A DNA stretch of 64,000 nucleotides from Salpingoeca rosetta. Lineage: Eukaryota > Protista > Choanoflagellata. A program made the position numbers and the translations under genes. The stretch is taken from assembly GCA_033442325.1 (NCBI GenBank), contig JAWQFM010000027.1, positions 67,844 to 131,843 of the forward strand, written 5' to 3'. Below, in pieces: positions 37,572-51,038 of this stretch (position 1 is the first letter of the stretch; every line of letters begins with the position of its first letter). The notes below the pieces were generated by a model. The model saw only the letters and a program-made list of their open reading frames with translations, made no database searches and was not told where the DNA came from.

Positions 37572-38473
37572 TGTGTGTGCATTCCACGGCCCGCTCACCA
37601 ATGGCCTCCGCCGGGGCGATGGTGACGGCACGAACAATGTCTTTGAACGGCATTCCGAGGTGCAGGAACTTGGACATGACGGTCGGCAGATCGTACGCTG
37701 GCCCGTGGCACGACACCTGCCGTAGCGATGGGAGGAAGACGGGAGCGAAAGGAAGGCGGAAGTGAGGGGGGGATGGGGCAGTGACGCTGATGCGACGAAA
37801 AAGATTGTGGAGCCAACCTTAGCATGCTTGACATTCCTCGCCTCAGTCGCTCGCATCCCCACAACATAGACCACAGAAGTACACAGCACAATCACATTAC
37901 GTAACCTCCAATCCATGCCGGCATGACCCCTCCCCCCTCTCCTCCTCCTCCTCCTCATCATCATCGTCATCACTCGACTCATCCCGCGTGCTCTCAACCA
38001 CCGCGCCCACCATGTGCAGGTCTGTGGAGATGACGTCTGGCCAGAAGTCGAGTGCTGCTGCCCGCTCGGCGACGGTCCACGAGAAAGCGCCTGCGCCGTG
38101 GCCAACGTCGAATATGACGCCACGTTCGCGTGCAGCCAACACGGCCGGGTGCAGCTCATCTGCTGGTCCGTCCTCCGTCGGCTGAAGGGACGAATGAAGA
38201 GGGTGGTGGTGATGCAGGATGGTGAGTATGACAGGGGCGGGTGTGTGTTTATGTGTGTGAAAAATTGTGTATGTATGTATGTTTGTATGTATGTATGTAT
38301 GTATGTATGTATGTATGTATGTATGTATGTATGTATGTATGTATGTATGTATGTATGTATGTATGTATGTATGTATGTATGTATGTATGTTTGTATGTAT
38401 GTATGTATGTATGTATGTATGTATGTATGTATGTATGTATGTATGTATGTATGTATGTATGTATGTATGTATG

Positions 38474-38507
<34 letters not shown>

Positions 38508-39700
38508 TGTGTGTGTGTGTGTTCTTCAGGTTCAAGAAGCCATCACGCAATTACAAGAGCACACAGCACCGAACCCCCCCCCCCACACACACACACACAA
38601 AAGAAGTGAAACGCGTCCAATGGTGTCACCTTTGATATGACGGTTGACTTCCACCCGTGGTAGGTGTGGGTGTAGATGTCACCACGCCGCAGGTTCCCGG
38701 GGCAGTGGGAGAGCTGCACAGTGGAGATGGCGTGGTGCGTCATCAGGGGCAGGTTGGTTACTGGTGGAGAGGAAAAGGGGGTGGGGGGAGCGGGCAGTGA
38801 TGTGAACGTGAGAAATGGGAAGTGCTTGTGGGAAGGGATTGCGTGGTGTTGTGATGATCGAGAGTGGCATCAGCACTCACGCGAGGTGACATGTAAGAAA
38901 TGCCTACAAGAACAAAACGTGGACCATTGTTTCACGCACTCGTCGCCTTACCCGCTCACATATGCAAATGTAAGCGTGAACAAGTGTACACCCAGGTGCT
39001 TTTTCATCTGCTGGCACACATAAATAATGTACGCATGAACAAGTGCACACCCACCCAGCAGCTGATGTTCACCGGCCCACCCATTGACTTACGCGATGCC
39101 ACCTGCAGTGCACGGTTGAACGCCTCCTCCTCGGATCGCCCGTCGTCGGCGATGTCGGAGGTGAGGCGGACCTTGATTCCGACAACAAAGTCTGGATTTG
39201 CCTTGATGGCGGCAACAGCATCGTCCACGCGAACCTGCAGAGGTGGTGGTGGAGGGAAGGGTGTAATGAGCGAGCGCGTGCGATTAGCAAGCGCGTAAAA
39301 TGGCCGGGTGCAACAGATGGAGAGAAGAAAGGCAACGGGAAAGACAGCAAGAAAGACAGCAAGAAAGACAGCAAGAAAGACAGCAAGAAAGACAGCAAGA
39401 AGGATAGTGAACCGCATGCACACACACACACACACACGTACTTGGTTGAGGTTGTCGAGTTCGCCTCCTTTTGCACCACCGGCCATCCCACTCCACGCCA
39501 GACCCTGCACGAGGAACAGACAGAGAGATGCGTTTTTGAGGGTGTGGTTGGTAGGAGAGGATTGCTGGTGAGCGAAGCACGCCAAGATCGCACACAAAAC
39601 AAAAGATCACACAAACAGCACCACAAACAAACAAATATCACACAAACGAATATCACACAAACAACACACACACACACACACAAACGAATACCACACAAAC

Positions 39701-39767
<67 letters not shown>

Positions 39768-40541
39768 CCATGGCGATGTTGAGGAGAACGAGGATGCGTG
39801 TTTTCGATTTGTCGACAATGAACTTCTTGAGGCCGGCGAGTGTGCCCGCACCAGCACTTCCCGCGTCCACCGCTGTTTGGAGAGGAGAGGAGAGAGGGTG
39901 CCATGGATGCCATGGATGCCATGGATGTTGAAGCAGAAGATGAAATCCACTGCAATAAGGAAGGAACCGAAGAACCTCATCGCCGACCAAACACACATGT
40001 AAACAAACACACGTGCTCCCAAAACATGAAATGTCAACAAAACAATACACACAAAACAACACAACACACAACACACACACACATACACACTACACAAACA
40101 CACACAGCACAACACACAAACACACACACACACTACACAACCACACGCAACACACGTGCATGCGCGCACACCTGTGGTGACGCCGCGCTGAAGACAGTAA
40201 ACATCTGGGTTGATGCCGAGCGGGGTCGCCGCTTCATACACGTGCGTGTGCAGATCAATCAAGCCAGGCACGACGTACAGGTTGCGCGCATCGACCACAT
40301 TGATGGCACCGCTTGCCTCTGCCACATAGTGGGCTTCACCGCAGGGGTCGTGTGGTGCGACGGTGATGACCTTCCCGTCTCGTAAGAGCACGTCTCGGAC
40401 GGCGTCGATGCCCAGGCCGTGGTCAATGACATGGCCGCCCCACAGCACCGTGTCTGGCTCGTTTGGGCGTGCAAAGGATCGGCCAGCCTCGCTCGCCTTG
40501 TACGAGATGCCAAGCCCAATCTCGTCGTTTGCTCCCTCCAT
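36885..40541 (-). CDS. Metal-dependent amidohydrolase/deacetylase, bacterial dihydroorotase-like (PRK09237 / EF_0837 / Atu3266-type); ~8 exons
   Basis: VPGLIDLHTHVY, RGVTT|AVDAGSAG, VVGIKVRL, PLMTHH, LRRGDIYTHTYHG, GVIFDVGHGAGAFSW, PDVISTDLH, TVMSKFLHLGM, IGSLRAGTAADVTLL. Confidence 0.92.
38268..38510. repeat. (GTAT)n tetranucleotide microsatellite in an amidohydrolase intron
   Basis: Directly visible. Confidence 0.95.
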
Positions 40542-41216
40542 CGCTGCTGTTGTGTGGTTTGTTGGTGTGGGTGATTTGATGCGATGCGATGTCTTCTGTG
40601 GTGATGTCTTCTGTGATGTGTGCTGATGTGGCTGTGATGCCTGCTTCCTCTGCTCAATCAAGTCCACGCACCACCAGTTCGTGCCACCCGCTCACGCTCG
40701 CGTGCCTCGGCGACCACAGCAGCTGCAACAGACACAAGTGTCAAAACAATGTTTGGAGTGGCGCACCTGTGAGTGAGGTTGCTGTTAATGAAGTTGCATG
40801 GCATGCATGCACACGCAAGCAGAAAAGGGGCATGAACAAAACCTTCGCCAATCATAATTTGTGTCATGTCACTCACTTAAGTCCCGCTCGTGGCTGCTTG
40901 ACATGCAGATGTGTTTCGCTTGCTTGCCTGGCCTGTTACTGATTCCTTCCATCACCGTTGCGTTTTGCCTTCGTGCCCATGTCAAGCGCACTCTACATCC
41001 GCACTTATGTTAGTCATCCTTCGCTGCTTCGCTGCTTCGAAGTGGTAAGAGTGTCCCGTACTTGCCCAAACAACTGAAGTCAGTCGAGTAGAACAAACCT
41101 GAATTCAGTGTCAGACACACAAACACAAACAAACAACAACACTCGCTCGCTTTGCTTGCTTGCTTGAAGGCCAGTGCTCACAACAACCACCACAACAACA
41201 ACCACCACCACCAACA

Positions 41217-44200
41217 ATGGTGTCTTGGTTGGCAATGCTGGCGGTACTGGCAATGCTGGCGGTAGCCGCGTGTCCTGTTGTTGGTGGTGTGAGCAATCGC
41301 CTCCGTGACCCCACTCACGGGGCCACCGCCCGTGCTGAGATTCGCGCTCGCGTCGTTGGAGAGCTGCATCTTGAGTATGAGCCGTGGGTCATGTCGAGCA
41401 AGACTGCATCGTGGTTGCGCGATGACCCAGACATTGCCACCGTGTACCGACGCTATGTGCTGTCGCTCCTCATCCCTTCGGACAAGATTGCCTCTGCCGT
41501 TCACGGCTACAACACCTTCATGCAGCATTTTGTGCCTTCAAACTGCACCTGGTCTGACATTGACTACGCTTCCAAAGCAAGGGCAGAGTAAGTGCGTTGT
41601 GCGTGCGTGTGTGTGTTGTGTTTGAGATTCCCTGGCTCGAGTGCACATGACTCCTTTGCTGTAGACTGTCGGCTGTTGGTGTGTACGGCTTCTTGGGGGA
41701 TGGGTTTTTATCTCGCGTCTCTTCGTCGTCTGTGCACTTGCTATTGCTGTTCTGTGTCACGTGTTGCGATTGGTAGTACGACCAACTTTCCCCAGCATCC
41801 CCCAGCCTCGACTGTGCCTCGCCACAAGCTCATCAACTCCTCACATCACCCATTGTCCCTGCGCCCTCAATATGTCTCCACAACGCATCACAACAACACT
41901 CCACACAACACCACAACACCACAACACCACGCCACACCACAACCACACCACCACCACACCACAAACGCAACACCACACCACTCCACACAACACCACAACA
42001 CCACAACACCACGCCACACCACAACCACACCACAACCACACCACCACCACACCACAAACGCAACACCACACTACAACCACACCACACTACAACCACACCA
42101 CACCACAACACACCGCAACACCACACCACACCACACCACAACGCAACACACCACACACCATTTGCAGCTGGCCTGCAGGCGACCACATGTCGAGGGTGGA
42201 GGACATGGCGCAGCTGCTGATGACGCCAGCATCTCCGCTGTACAGGAACAAGACACTCACCAACCAGACCACGTGCGCCCTGCACGCGTGGACAACACGC
42301 GACATGCAGAACCCAAACTGGTGGTGGAACGACATTGGCATCCCACAGCTCATGGGCCACACGCTGCTGCTACTCACCCCCGACACTGTGCCGCGCTCCA
42401 GCGAGATTGCGCAGGTGGCGCAGCGCATCATGGACCGGGCCAGGTGGTGGACAATGACCGGCGCCAACCGCATCTGGGAGCTCAACATCAAGATCATGCA
42501 GGGCCTCTTCTTCAACAATGCCAGCCTCGTCGCCACGGGCTTCTCCAACGTGTACGCGGCCGTCGCGTTTGTGCACCAGCCGCTGGAAGGCATCCAAGTG
42601 GACGGCAGCTTCCACCAGCACGGGCCGGAGCTGCTGGCGGGGTCATATGGGGCGGACTTCACCGCCACCATCCTCGGCCTGCTGCAGTTCTCCAGCGGTA
42701 CGCGCTTCTACATGGACGCGGCCCACATGGCCGTGTATGCGCGCCTGGTGCTTGACGGGCAGCAGTGGATGGTGGCCGGCCACCGGCAGCAGGACTGGTC
42801 CGTTATTGGCCGCGAGATTACGCGCCCAAGCGGAGTCCACACGTGGACCTTCAGCCCAACGCAGTTGCGCAACGTCACGGCCGGCAACCGCACGCAGGAG
42901 TTCCACGCCTTTGCAGACTGGCTGGACGGAGTGTCTGGCGCCAAGCCCGTGACGGGGGCGCGGTACTACTACGACAGCGACTATGGCGTGATGCACACGC
43001 CCACGCACGTGGCGTCCGTGCGCATGTACTCGAAGCGGACCGTGAACGCGCGCTGCGTGAACGACGAGGGCACGCAGTCCGAGCACACCGCGGATGGGGT
43101 GGTGAACCTGTACTACGATGGTCACGAGTACGACGGCATCTACCCTGTCTGGGACTGGAAGCAGCTGCCTGGCACCACCATCCCGCAGTATCCACAGACG
43201 CCATCATGTGCCACCACAACACGCCTGTCGCCGCACGGGTTTGTGGGCGGGGTTGTCGCCGGCGATGGCTCGTTGCTTACAGGCATGCAGCTGTCGACGC
43301 ACGGGTTGGATGTGCTGCGCGTATTTGTTGTCCGCCCAGAGGCCATCATCACCGTCGACGCCTTTGCCAACTTCACAAGCAGCGCCGACCCCTCGTTGCC
43401 GCTTTCACAGCGGTCACCCTCCTTGACGCAACAGTCACCTCCTTCCCCCTCTTCATCGCCCTCCACTCCATCTCCACACACCACCACCGCCACCACCACC
43501 CTGTCATCGGCGTCTGTGCCTGTTCTGACCACGGCCGCCAACCGACTGCTGAGTGGAAACGTGACTGTCAAGCTGGCAAACGAGACAGCACCACGCGTGC
43601 TTGCTCGCGGCGAGCACAACTTCACGGCGGGTCTGGTGCAGTGGGTGCACCACGCCAACACCGGGTACACGTGTGTCGACGGCGGCGGTGGTGGTGATGC
43701 TGGAAGCAAGGGATGTGCCGCTGCTGTGCGTGTTGTCAACACACAGCAGAGCGGAGACTGGTCGCTGATTGGCGTGGCATCAGGCAAGGTGCAGCGCGAC
43801 GTGTTTGCCCTCATGTACAACCACGGCACGTCCCTGTCCTCGGCCTCCTTCGCCCACGCCGTCCTGCCTTCTGTGGCGTCACCCACGGATATGGAGCACG
43901 CCGTGGCCGCCATCAGGGCCGCCACCACCATCGCCACCGCCCGGGGTGCGGCTGTCTCTGTCCTCGTTGCACCGACAAGCGCCACCTCTTCACAGCAGGA
44001 CGCCGCAAATCGGCATACAGGAGCGGGGTACATGGCGTACCACGTGGTGGCATCGGGTGGTGACACCGCTTTCCCATTGCACGCCGTCACGGCTGCCGAC
44101 GCACCCGCCTTCATTGCCGCCCAAGCCGCCTCCGCAACAACTGGAGCAACAACAACAACAGCCGCAAGAACAGCATGGCGTGGTGGTGCGGTGACAACAA

Positions 44201-44349
44201 AGCTGACGAGCGTGTGTGTCAGCAGCCCTGTGCACAGCGGGCCAATCCACGTCAAGCTTGCTGCCAACACCACGTGCAATGCAGCCACCCTCACCCTCAC
44301 CCTTCCCGATGGCGATCACAAGGGACAGTCTGTCCACCACACGTGCTGA
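41217..44349 (+). CDS. Secreted polysaccharide lyase family 8 (chondroitin AC/hyaluronate lyase-type); exons ~41217-41588 and 42168-44349
   Basis: Signal peptide MVSWLAMLAVLAMLAVAAC. Motifs WSDIDY, NPNWWWNDIGIP, MTGANRIW, EGIQVDGSFHQHGPELLAGSYG, SVIGREITRP, SVRMYSKRT, WDWKQLPGTT, FVGGV. Confidence 0.93.
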
Positions 44350-44767
44350 TTGGTGCTGCTTGCACGCCCAGTGTGTGCAATGCGCTGTGCTCTTGTGCCT
44401 CCCACATAGGTGCACGCGTTTTGCTGTTACATGACATTCTTCCCACGCGTTACGTGACGTGATGTGGCATTACATTACACCACACACACCATTCCCTGCC
44501 CCCCAGTATCTCATGCATGTGTGCTCCTTTGTTTGCTTTATTTCAACCGAATGGAACGTGCACCACACATGTGCGGGAAGCAATGCTTTGCATCACACAC
44601 GCCACACGCGCGCAGAGCAGGCAAACACGCGGTCGAAACCACAAACTTGGAGAGAGACAGGCGACAGGCAAAAGAGGTGCCGCTCAACAAACTGAAGAAC
44701 CACACCGCAAGCATGACGATGACGATGGTTATGGAGGTGGTTGTGCGGCGGCTTGGCAACGGTCCGC

Positions 44768-45947
44768 TTAGCGGCCCTCGACGCGCAGGCGGTCGAGTGT
44801 GCTGTAGCCAATGGACTGCAGCATGTCGAACGTGTCCTGGTCCACGGGGATGGTGTCGTCGGCGTGGATGGCAGAGACCTCGGGCACGTAATTGTCGCGG
44901 CGCTCGCGCTCCTCCTCCTGCAGCTTGATGGAGATGCCGCGCACGGGGCCCTTCTGCACTCGTTGCAAACATGTGCCGAGGTGGTGGTGGTGGGGGGGGG
45001 GGGCGGAGGACAGCCAATGGCAGGTTGCAGGTGGCGGTGAGAAGACGAACATGCGTGTATGTGTAAGTTACAGATTCGAGGGGAAGGGAACAAGCCCACG
45101 TGAGTGGGAAACGATAGGGTGTGCGTGGAGGCGGGGACATACAGGCATGGCGAGACTGCAAAGGGTTGGATTAACCATCTTTTGCAACCATCACGTGTGA
45201 ACTATCAAATGCACAACGACACAGCGGAGACACGGCAAAACAGGCAAGAACGAACCTGGATGCGCTTCATCATGTGGGTGATGAAACTGGTGTCACATCA
45301 AGCAAAACAGCAGTGCAAGTAAAAACAAAAGCAATGGTGAGTGAGACGATGCGTTGAGTGACGCAGTATTCAGTCGTGGAAGAGAGCGGTAAATCAGCGA
45401 GCACGCATGCATGGACCTAATAATGCAAGCCAGCAAGAAAGCAAGCCGACAGCAAAGCGTGGGCAAACTCTTCTTCAACAACACGATATCGCGCACGCGC
45501 TCTCACCCAGCAATCTGGTTCCTGAGGCGCTTGGAGGGAACAATGGCAAACTCCTCAACGAGCTGTGGTTGTTTGTGCACGCAAAGGACGGGCGCATGAA
45601 GACGTGTGAGCAGCAAGCACAAGCAGTAAGAAGAGCGAAGAGCCGCAAATGCCAAAACAGATGGATAGCAACACCACGTGCACATGCACAAGGGTAGATG
45701 CACACACCCAGCGCACAAGAGTCGATTTAACACACACACATGCACGCACAACACATGCACGCACAACACACACACACATGCACGCACAACACAACGCACC
45801 GCACAACTCACACACAACACAAAAACAGCACAAAACGGCAGGGCTTACGCGCTTGTTGGTCTCAAAGTCGTTGGTGAGGCGAGTGTAGTACTTCTCAATC
45901 ATGACCTTGGCGGCCTTCTTCACAGTCTTTGTGCGCACGCGACCCAT
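44768..45947 (-). CDS. RPS17: 40S ribosomal protein S17 (4 exons)
   Basis: [33 protein letters not shown] | [19 protein letters not shown] | [10 protein letters not shown] | [27 protein letters not shown]. Confidence 0.98.
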
Positions 45948-46138
45948 GGCTGGCTGTGTTGCTTGTTCGTCGTCTCAAACAAGAGAGAGAGGGGAAGGGA
46001 GAGGCTGTAAGCGCAGGTGGAGGGGCGAAAAGAGAAAAAGGCACACACGCGAGGGCCATGTGGACAATTAGCGAAAGATGCCAACCACTTTTCGAACTCA
46101 CGATTGCTGCTGACAAAGAGCCAGACTGAAGGAAGGAG

Positions 46139-46759
46139 ATGTGGCGAGTGTTGGTGGTGGCTGTGCTGTGCGCGGCGCTGGCTGCTGATGTGGCTCTTGC
46201 TGGCCCTGTCAAGGTGCGTGGGCGCAGCCAGAGAGAGGAGAAAGGGGGAGGGGAAGGGTGTGAAGGAGAAGGAGGAGAGCCTGTGAGTGTGTGTGTGTGA
46301 GTGTGTGTGTGAGAGTGTGCGAATATGTTTGTTCAAGGACTGCTGTGTTCGGAGGGCATGATGGTCGAACATGCAAGGATCTCACGACGACATTGGTCCA
46401 CTTCATCCACAGGTGCTAGAGCCAGAATCGCTGCAAGCAACGATCCGCAATGGCAAGAACTGGATGGTGAAATACTACGGTATGTGATGCAGGAGTAGTG
46501 TTGATGTAAGGTTGCTTTGTTTGCATTCTGCCATCAATCTCGCAGTGTGCCTTTGTTCATGCTGCGATCCCTTGTGTGTCTGGTGCGTGTCGACAGCGCC
46601 ATGGTGTGGCCACTGCAAGCGTATGGCACCCGTGTGGAAGGAGTTTGCAGAAAAGATGCACAAGAGCGAAGGATCCGTGAACGTGGCCAAGTTTGACTGC
46701 ACAAACGACAGAGGTGCGTGCTTTGTGTGTGTGTGTCTGTGTGTGTGTGGGGGGGGGGA

Positions 46760-46793
<34 letters not shown>

Positions 46794-47129
46794 TGTGTGT
46801 GTGTCTGTGTGTGTGTGCGTGTCTGTGTGTGTGCGTGTCTGTATGTACACGGTTTGTGTGCGCATGTACACGGTTTGTGGGCCCTATGCTTAAATGCATG
46901 AGCTCTTGTTTGCATGTATGTCGTGTCCTTGACATGCAATCGCGATCCTTGTTCGGCTTGTCCACCACCGTCATGCTGCAGATGCGTGTTCACACGAGGG
47001 TGTCCGCGGCTATCCAACTGTGCGCATCTACCGTGCTGACGGCCGCAACTACACCTACTCGGGGCCCCGCACTGTGGTTAGTGACACTGCGTGGTAAACA
47101 GAATATGTTTGCTCGATTCCGTGGCGCGT

Positions 47130-47209
<80 letters not shown>

Positions 47210-48291
47210 CATGTCGCATTTGTCATGTCGCATGAAAGAGAGTATGCTCCATTGCCCCCGCCCCCACTTGCCCTCCCCTCACGACACCCTCCCCTCTGCC
47301 TTTCGACGGCGCACGTGCGCGCAGGAGGCGTTTGCGTCGTACAGCGAGTTTATGACACGGGACCTTGTCACGCGCCTCAAGACGAAGAAGGAGGTGGAGG
47401 AGGTGGTGGCCATGCCAGGCATCTTCTTCGTTCGCGTGCTCCCGCGCGCCACAAACAAGGCTGCCGACAACGCATACACAGCAGGTACCGCAGTCCACGC
47501 GCTGGTGCGCTGATGGGATGGTGAGATGGTGAGATGGTGAGATGGTGGGATGGTGGGATGGTGGGATGGTGGGCTGGGAATTATTCATCGTATATCGTCG
47601 ATTGTACATCAGTACTCAATACGACGACTGCCATCTCATCGCATCTGCTACCACCACTCCCCACTCCCCACACACCGCTCACCCCTCACCGCCCGCCGCC
47701 CACCGCCCTGCACCGTGCAGCTGCTGGCGACCTGCTTGCGCAGGTGATGTGCTACGACCTCGACGCGTCCCTGCGTGAGGGCACCCCCCTCTCCACCGTC
47801 AGGCCAGGAGCGGTCGTGCGCATGTCCGCCGGCACTCCGCTCGTGTACGACGGCAACGCCACAGACCACGCACAGCTCGTCAGGGTACGCGCTGTGCGAT
47901 GACGTGCTGTGTTGTGTGTGTATGTGTCTGTCTGTCTGTCTGTCTGTCTGTGTGTCTGTCATTCTCTGTCTGTCTGTCTGTCAATTTTGTCATTCTGTGT
48001 GTCTGTCTGTGACTCTCTGTGCACTTGCGTGTGCCCTTCTTTAACTCCATCTCACGCCGTCTCGTCGCTGCACACGGTGCGCATTCCTTGCCACCACCAC
48101 CACCACCATCAGTGGATGCAAGACCACGAGTGGGGCTCGTGCTTTGAGCTGACGCGCGAGGTGAGATAGTGTCGCTGTGCCAAACGCATGTGGCTTGCTT
48201 GCTCATTCCCAAGCATGACAGCTGGTCGACACTACTGACACACTGGATGCACACACTCACACACACACACACACACACACACGCACGCACG

Positions 48292-48364
<73 letters not shown>

Positions 48365-49193
48365 CACGTGTCACGGCTCATACCCCATCATTGCACGTCA
48401 TCCCGCTCCGCCCCCCTCTTCCCGCTGATCAGACGGGAAACCGGTATGCGGTGCTTCCGTCGCCCAAACCGCTCGCTGTCCTCGTCCTTGACGGCCGCAT
48501 GCAGACAGATGACCTCGTCAACTCATACAAGAAGGTGGCGCTTGCTTTGGGTTGTTGCTTGTTTGTTTGTTTGTTTGTTTGTTTGTTTGTTTGTTTGTGT
48601 GTTTGTTTGCTTGTTTTTGGGTTTGGTTTGTGCCTCGTCGCTCTGTGAACATACACGACGCATCACTCCAACAGCTGTTGTGCTCACGACCTTTGTCCTG
48701 CCACCACCACCGCCACCATCACCACTACTCCACTGCTGCCAGGTTGCCGAGGCTGCCGGTACAGACGGCGTGTACCAGTTTGCATGGGCCGTGTATCAGA
48801 AGGTGCGCAATGGGCTGTCAGATTTGCATACTTGTGATTCGCGCTTACCCTTTGTTTGCCTCGTGCTTGCTCCCGGCTTCACAATCATCGCCCCATCCTC
48901 ATGTAATGTAACATCACATCCGCATCATTCAACACCCCATCTCTACATCCTCGCACCACCATTCAATACCCCATCTTACCACGACGATCACCACCTGCAG
49001 CTGCCGGCGCTGACTGCGGACGTGTGGGGACTGGAGGAGGGCGACTTGCCGGCGTTGGTCGTGCACAACGCGTCGGCCTCAACCTTCTACCGCGCACCCG
49101 AGCCACCGCTGCTCCCGCCGGCATCCCCAGATGCACCTTACACCATCAACGCAACTGCAGTCACCACCTTCCTCTCAAGCGTCAAGGATGGCA

Positions 49194-49195
<2 letters not shown>
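46139..49195 (+). CDS. PDI-family protein (TMX3-like, one active a domain plus b/b' domains); 3' end probably lost in the gap
   Basis: Signal [27 protein letters not shown]|[32 protein letters not shown], followed by inactive thioredoxin-like segments ([16 protein letters not shown]). Confidence 0.88.
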
Positions 49196-49235
<40 letters not shown>

Positions 49236-49507
49236 ACCCTTTTGTGTCTCTTTCTGTTGTGTACTTTCCGTAAACCCTTATTTTATTTATGTTGCTTCAT
49301 GCACACCGCGACGATGCACGCTTTTTAGGTTCCGGCCACAAACCCACACTCCCTCTTCAACTCCATCGTTCGGTGCGTGCATACAAGTTTGCGTGTGCCT
49401 GCCAAGTGCGTGTCGTGTGCTTGATGAGTGCACCCCTCCCTCTGATCAACCAGCCCACCATACCAACTACCAACCATCCCCCCTCCCCAAATAACACCCT
49501 CCCCCCC

Positions 49508-49607
49508 NNNNNNNNNNNNNNNNNNNNNNNNNNNNNNNNNNNNNNNNNNNNNNNNNNNNNNNNNNNNNNNNNNNNNNNNNNNNNNNNNNNNNNNNNNNNN
49601 NNNNNNN
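49508..49607. other. Assembly gap (100 N)
   Basis: Run of N. Confidence 1.
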
Positions 49608-50090
49608 CTTCACGACTGCAAGCAACGCGGCGAACACACCATCTGGCTTTGCTTTGTCTTCCCTGGGTTATTTGAATTTCCCCTTGTCATTTGCTTGCTT
49701 GTTTGCTTGCTTGTTTGCTGGGTGCTGGTGATGGTTGCTTGGTGCTGGTGGTAGTTTGTTGGCACTGATTTTGCACTGTCATGGCGTCGTTTGACATGTG
49801 CAATGTGCAGTGCGACGCGTGAGATGTGTGGTGTTACATTACTTCTACTCCGACCTGTTGTGTGTTTGCCTGGCTGGCATGCTTGCTTCGTGCGCCCCTG
49901 CTCCTTGACCTTCATCGTCGTCGTTTGTTTGTTTGTTTGTTGTTGTTTGTTGCTGTTGTTGTCACTGTTTGGATGGCCATGATGGAAGGACAAGAGTCAG
50001 GGTCTACGTTCTTAAACATTCACTCGTCAGCTCTCATGCTCGTCCTGTGCTGCTGCTGTTGCTGATGCTGTGATCACACACACACACATG

Positions 50091-50208
<118 letters not shown>

Positions 50209-51038
50209 AAAGCAAACAAACAAAAACACCAAACGTTTGTGTAGCTACTGTTTATGGTGTTTTGAACCGTGTTTGCCTCATTTCGCTTTGCGCTTTCTCC
50301 TGTTTTGGTTGGTTGTGGTTGTTGTCCTTCATGTGATCTTGGTTGGTTGGTTCCCCCTCTTCTTTGGGTTGTTGTTATCTCTGCCGTCGCTCCCTTGTTC
50401 ATCAGCACCTCGCCGTCGCTGAGGGGGTGGTGAGCCTTTGTTATTGACAAGATAAGCAACAAATCACATCAAGCACAAAGCACAACACCACGCCGTAGAC
50501 CTCCCTCCAGTTCAATTCAAACAACTATCATATCCAAGCAGTTAATTGAGTCCTGCCAGGTCTGGTTTCGCTGTTTTGGTTTCTCTATTCCCAGCCTCTC
50601 TGCTCCTGTTCTCTTGGTTGGTTGAACACCCACTGCATCCCCCGATCAAATGCCACCAGTTCGACCCCATGACCGACGTTCAAGGTGAGGAGAACACTTG
50701 GGGTTTGTTTCCGCACACACACACATGCATGCATCATTGCACAGATCCAAATCGCGCATACACCCGCTTGCAACACAGTTCAAGTCTCTCTCCCTCTCTT
50801 CTTCCCTCTCTTCTGTTGTGAAAAGCTCTGTTCTCGACACTATTCTCGTCCCCATGTCGGCTTTACTCAGCTTTTGCTGCACTCGACACACACACCCTCA
50901 TTCACCCACATCCACCCCGCATCCCCAAACAAACCACGCATCGACACACATCCACACCCACCTGTGTCAGAACTTCGTGTTGTGGCGACGGAGCCGCCGC
51001 TTGAAGGGGCACAAGCGTCGTCGTATTGCCTGAAGAAG

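Noticed and set aside
44956-45850. Possible intronic snoRNAs in RPS17
   Set aside because: No convincing paired C (RUGAUGA) and D (CUGA) boxes with terminal stems were found by eye. A snoRNA scan would be needed.
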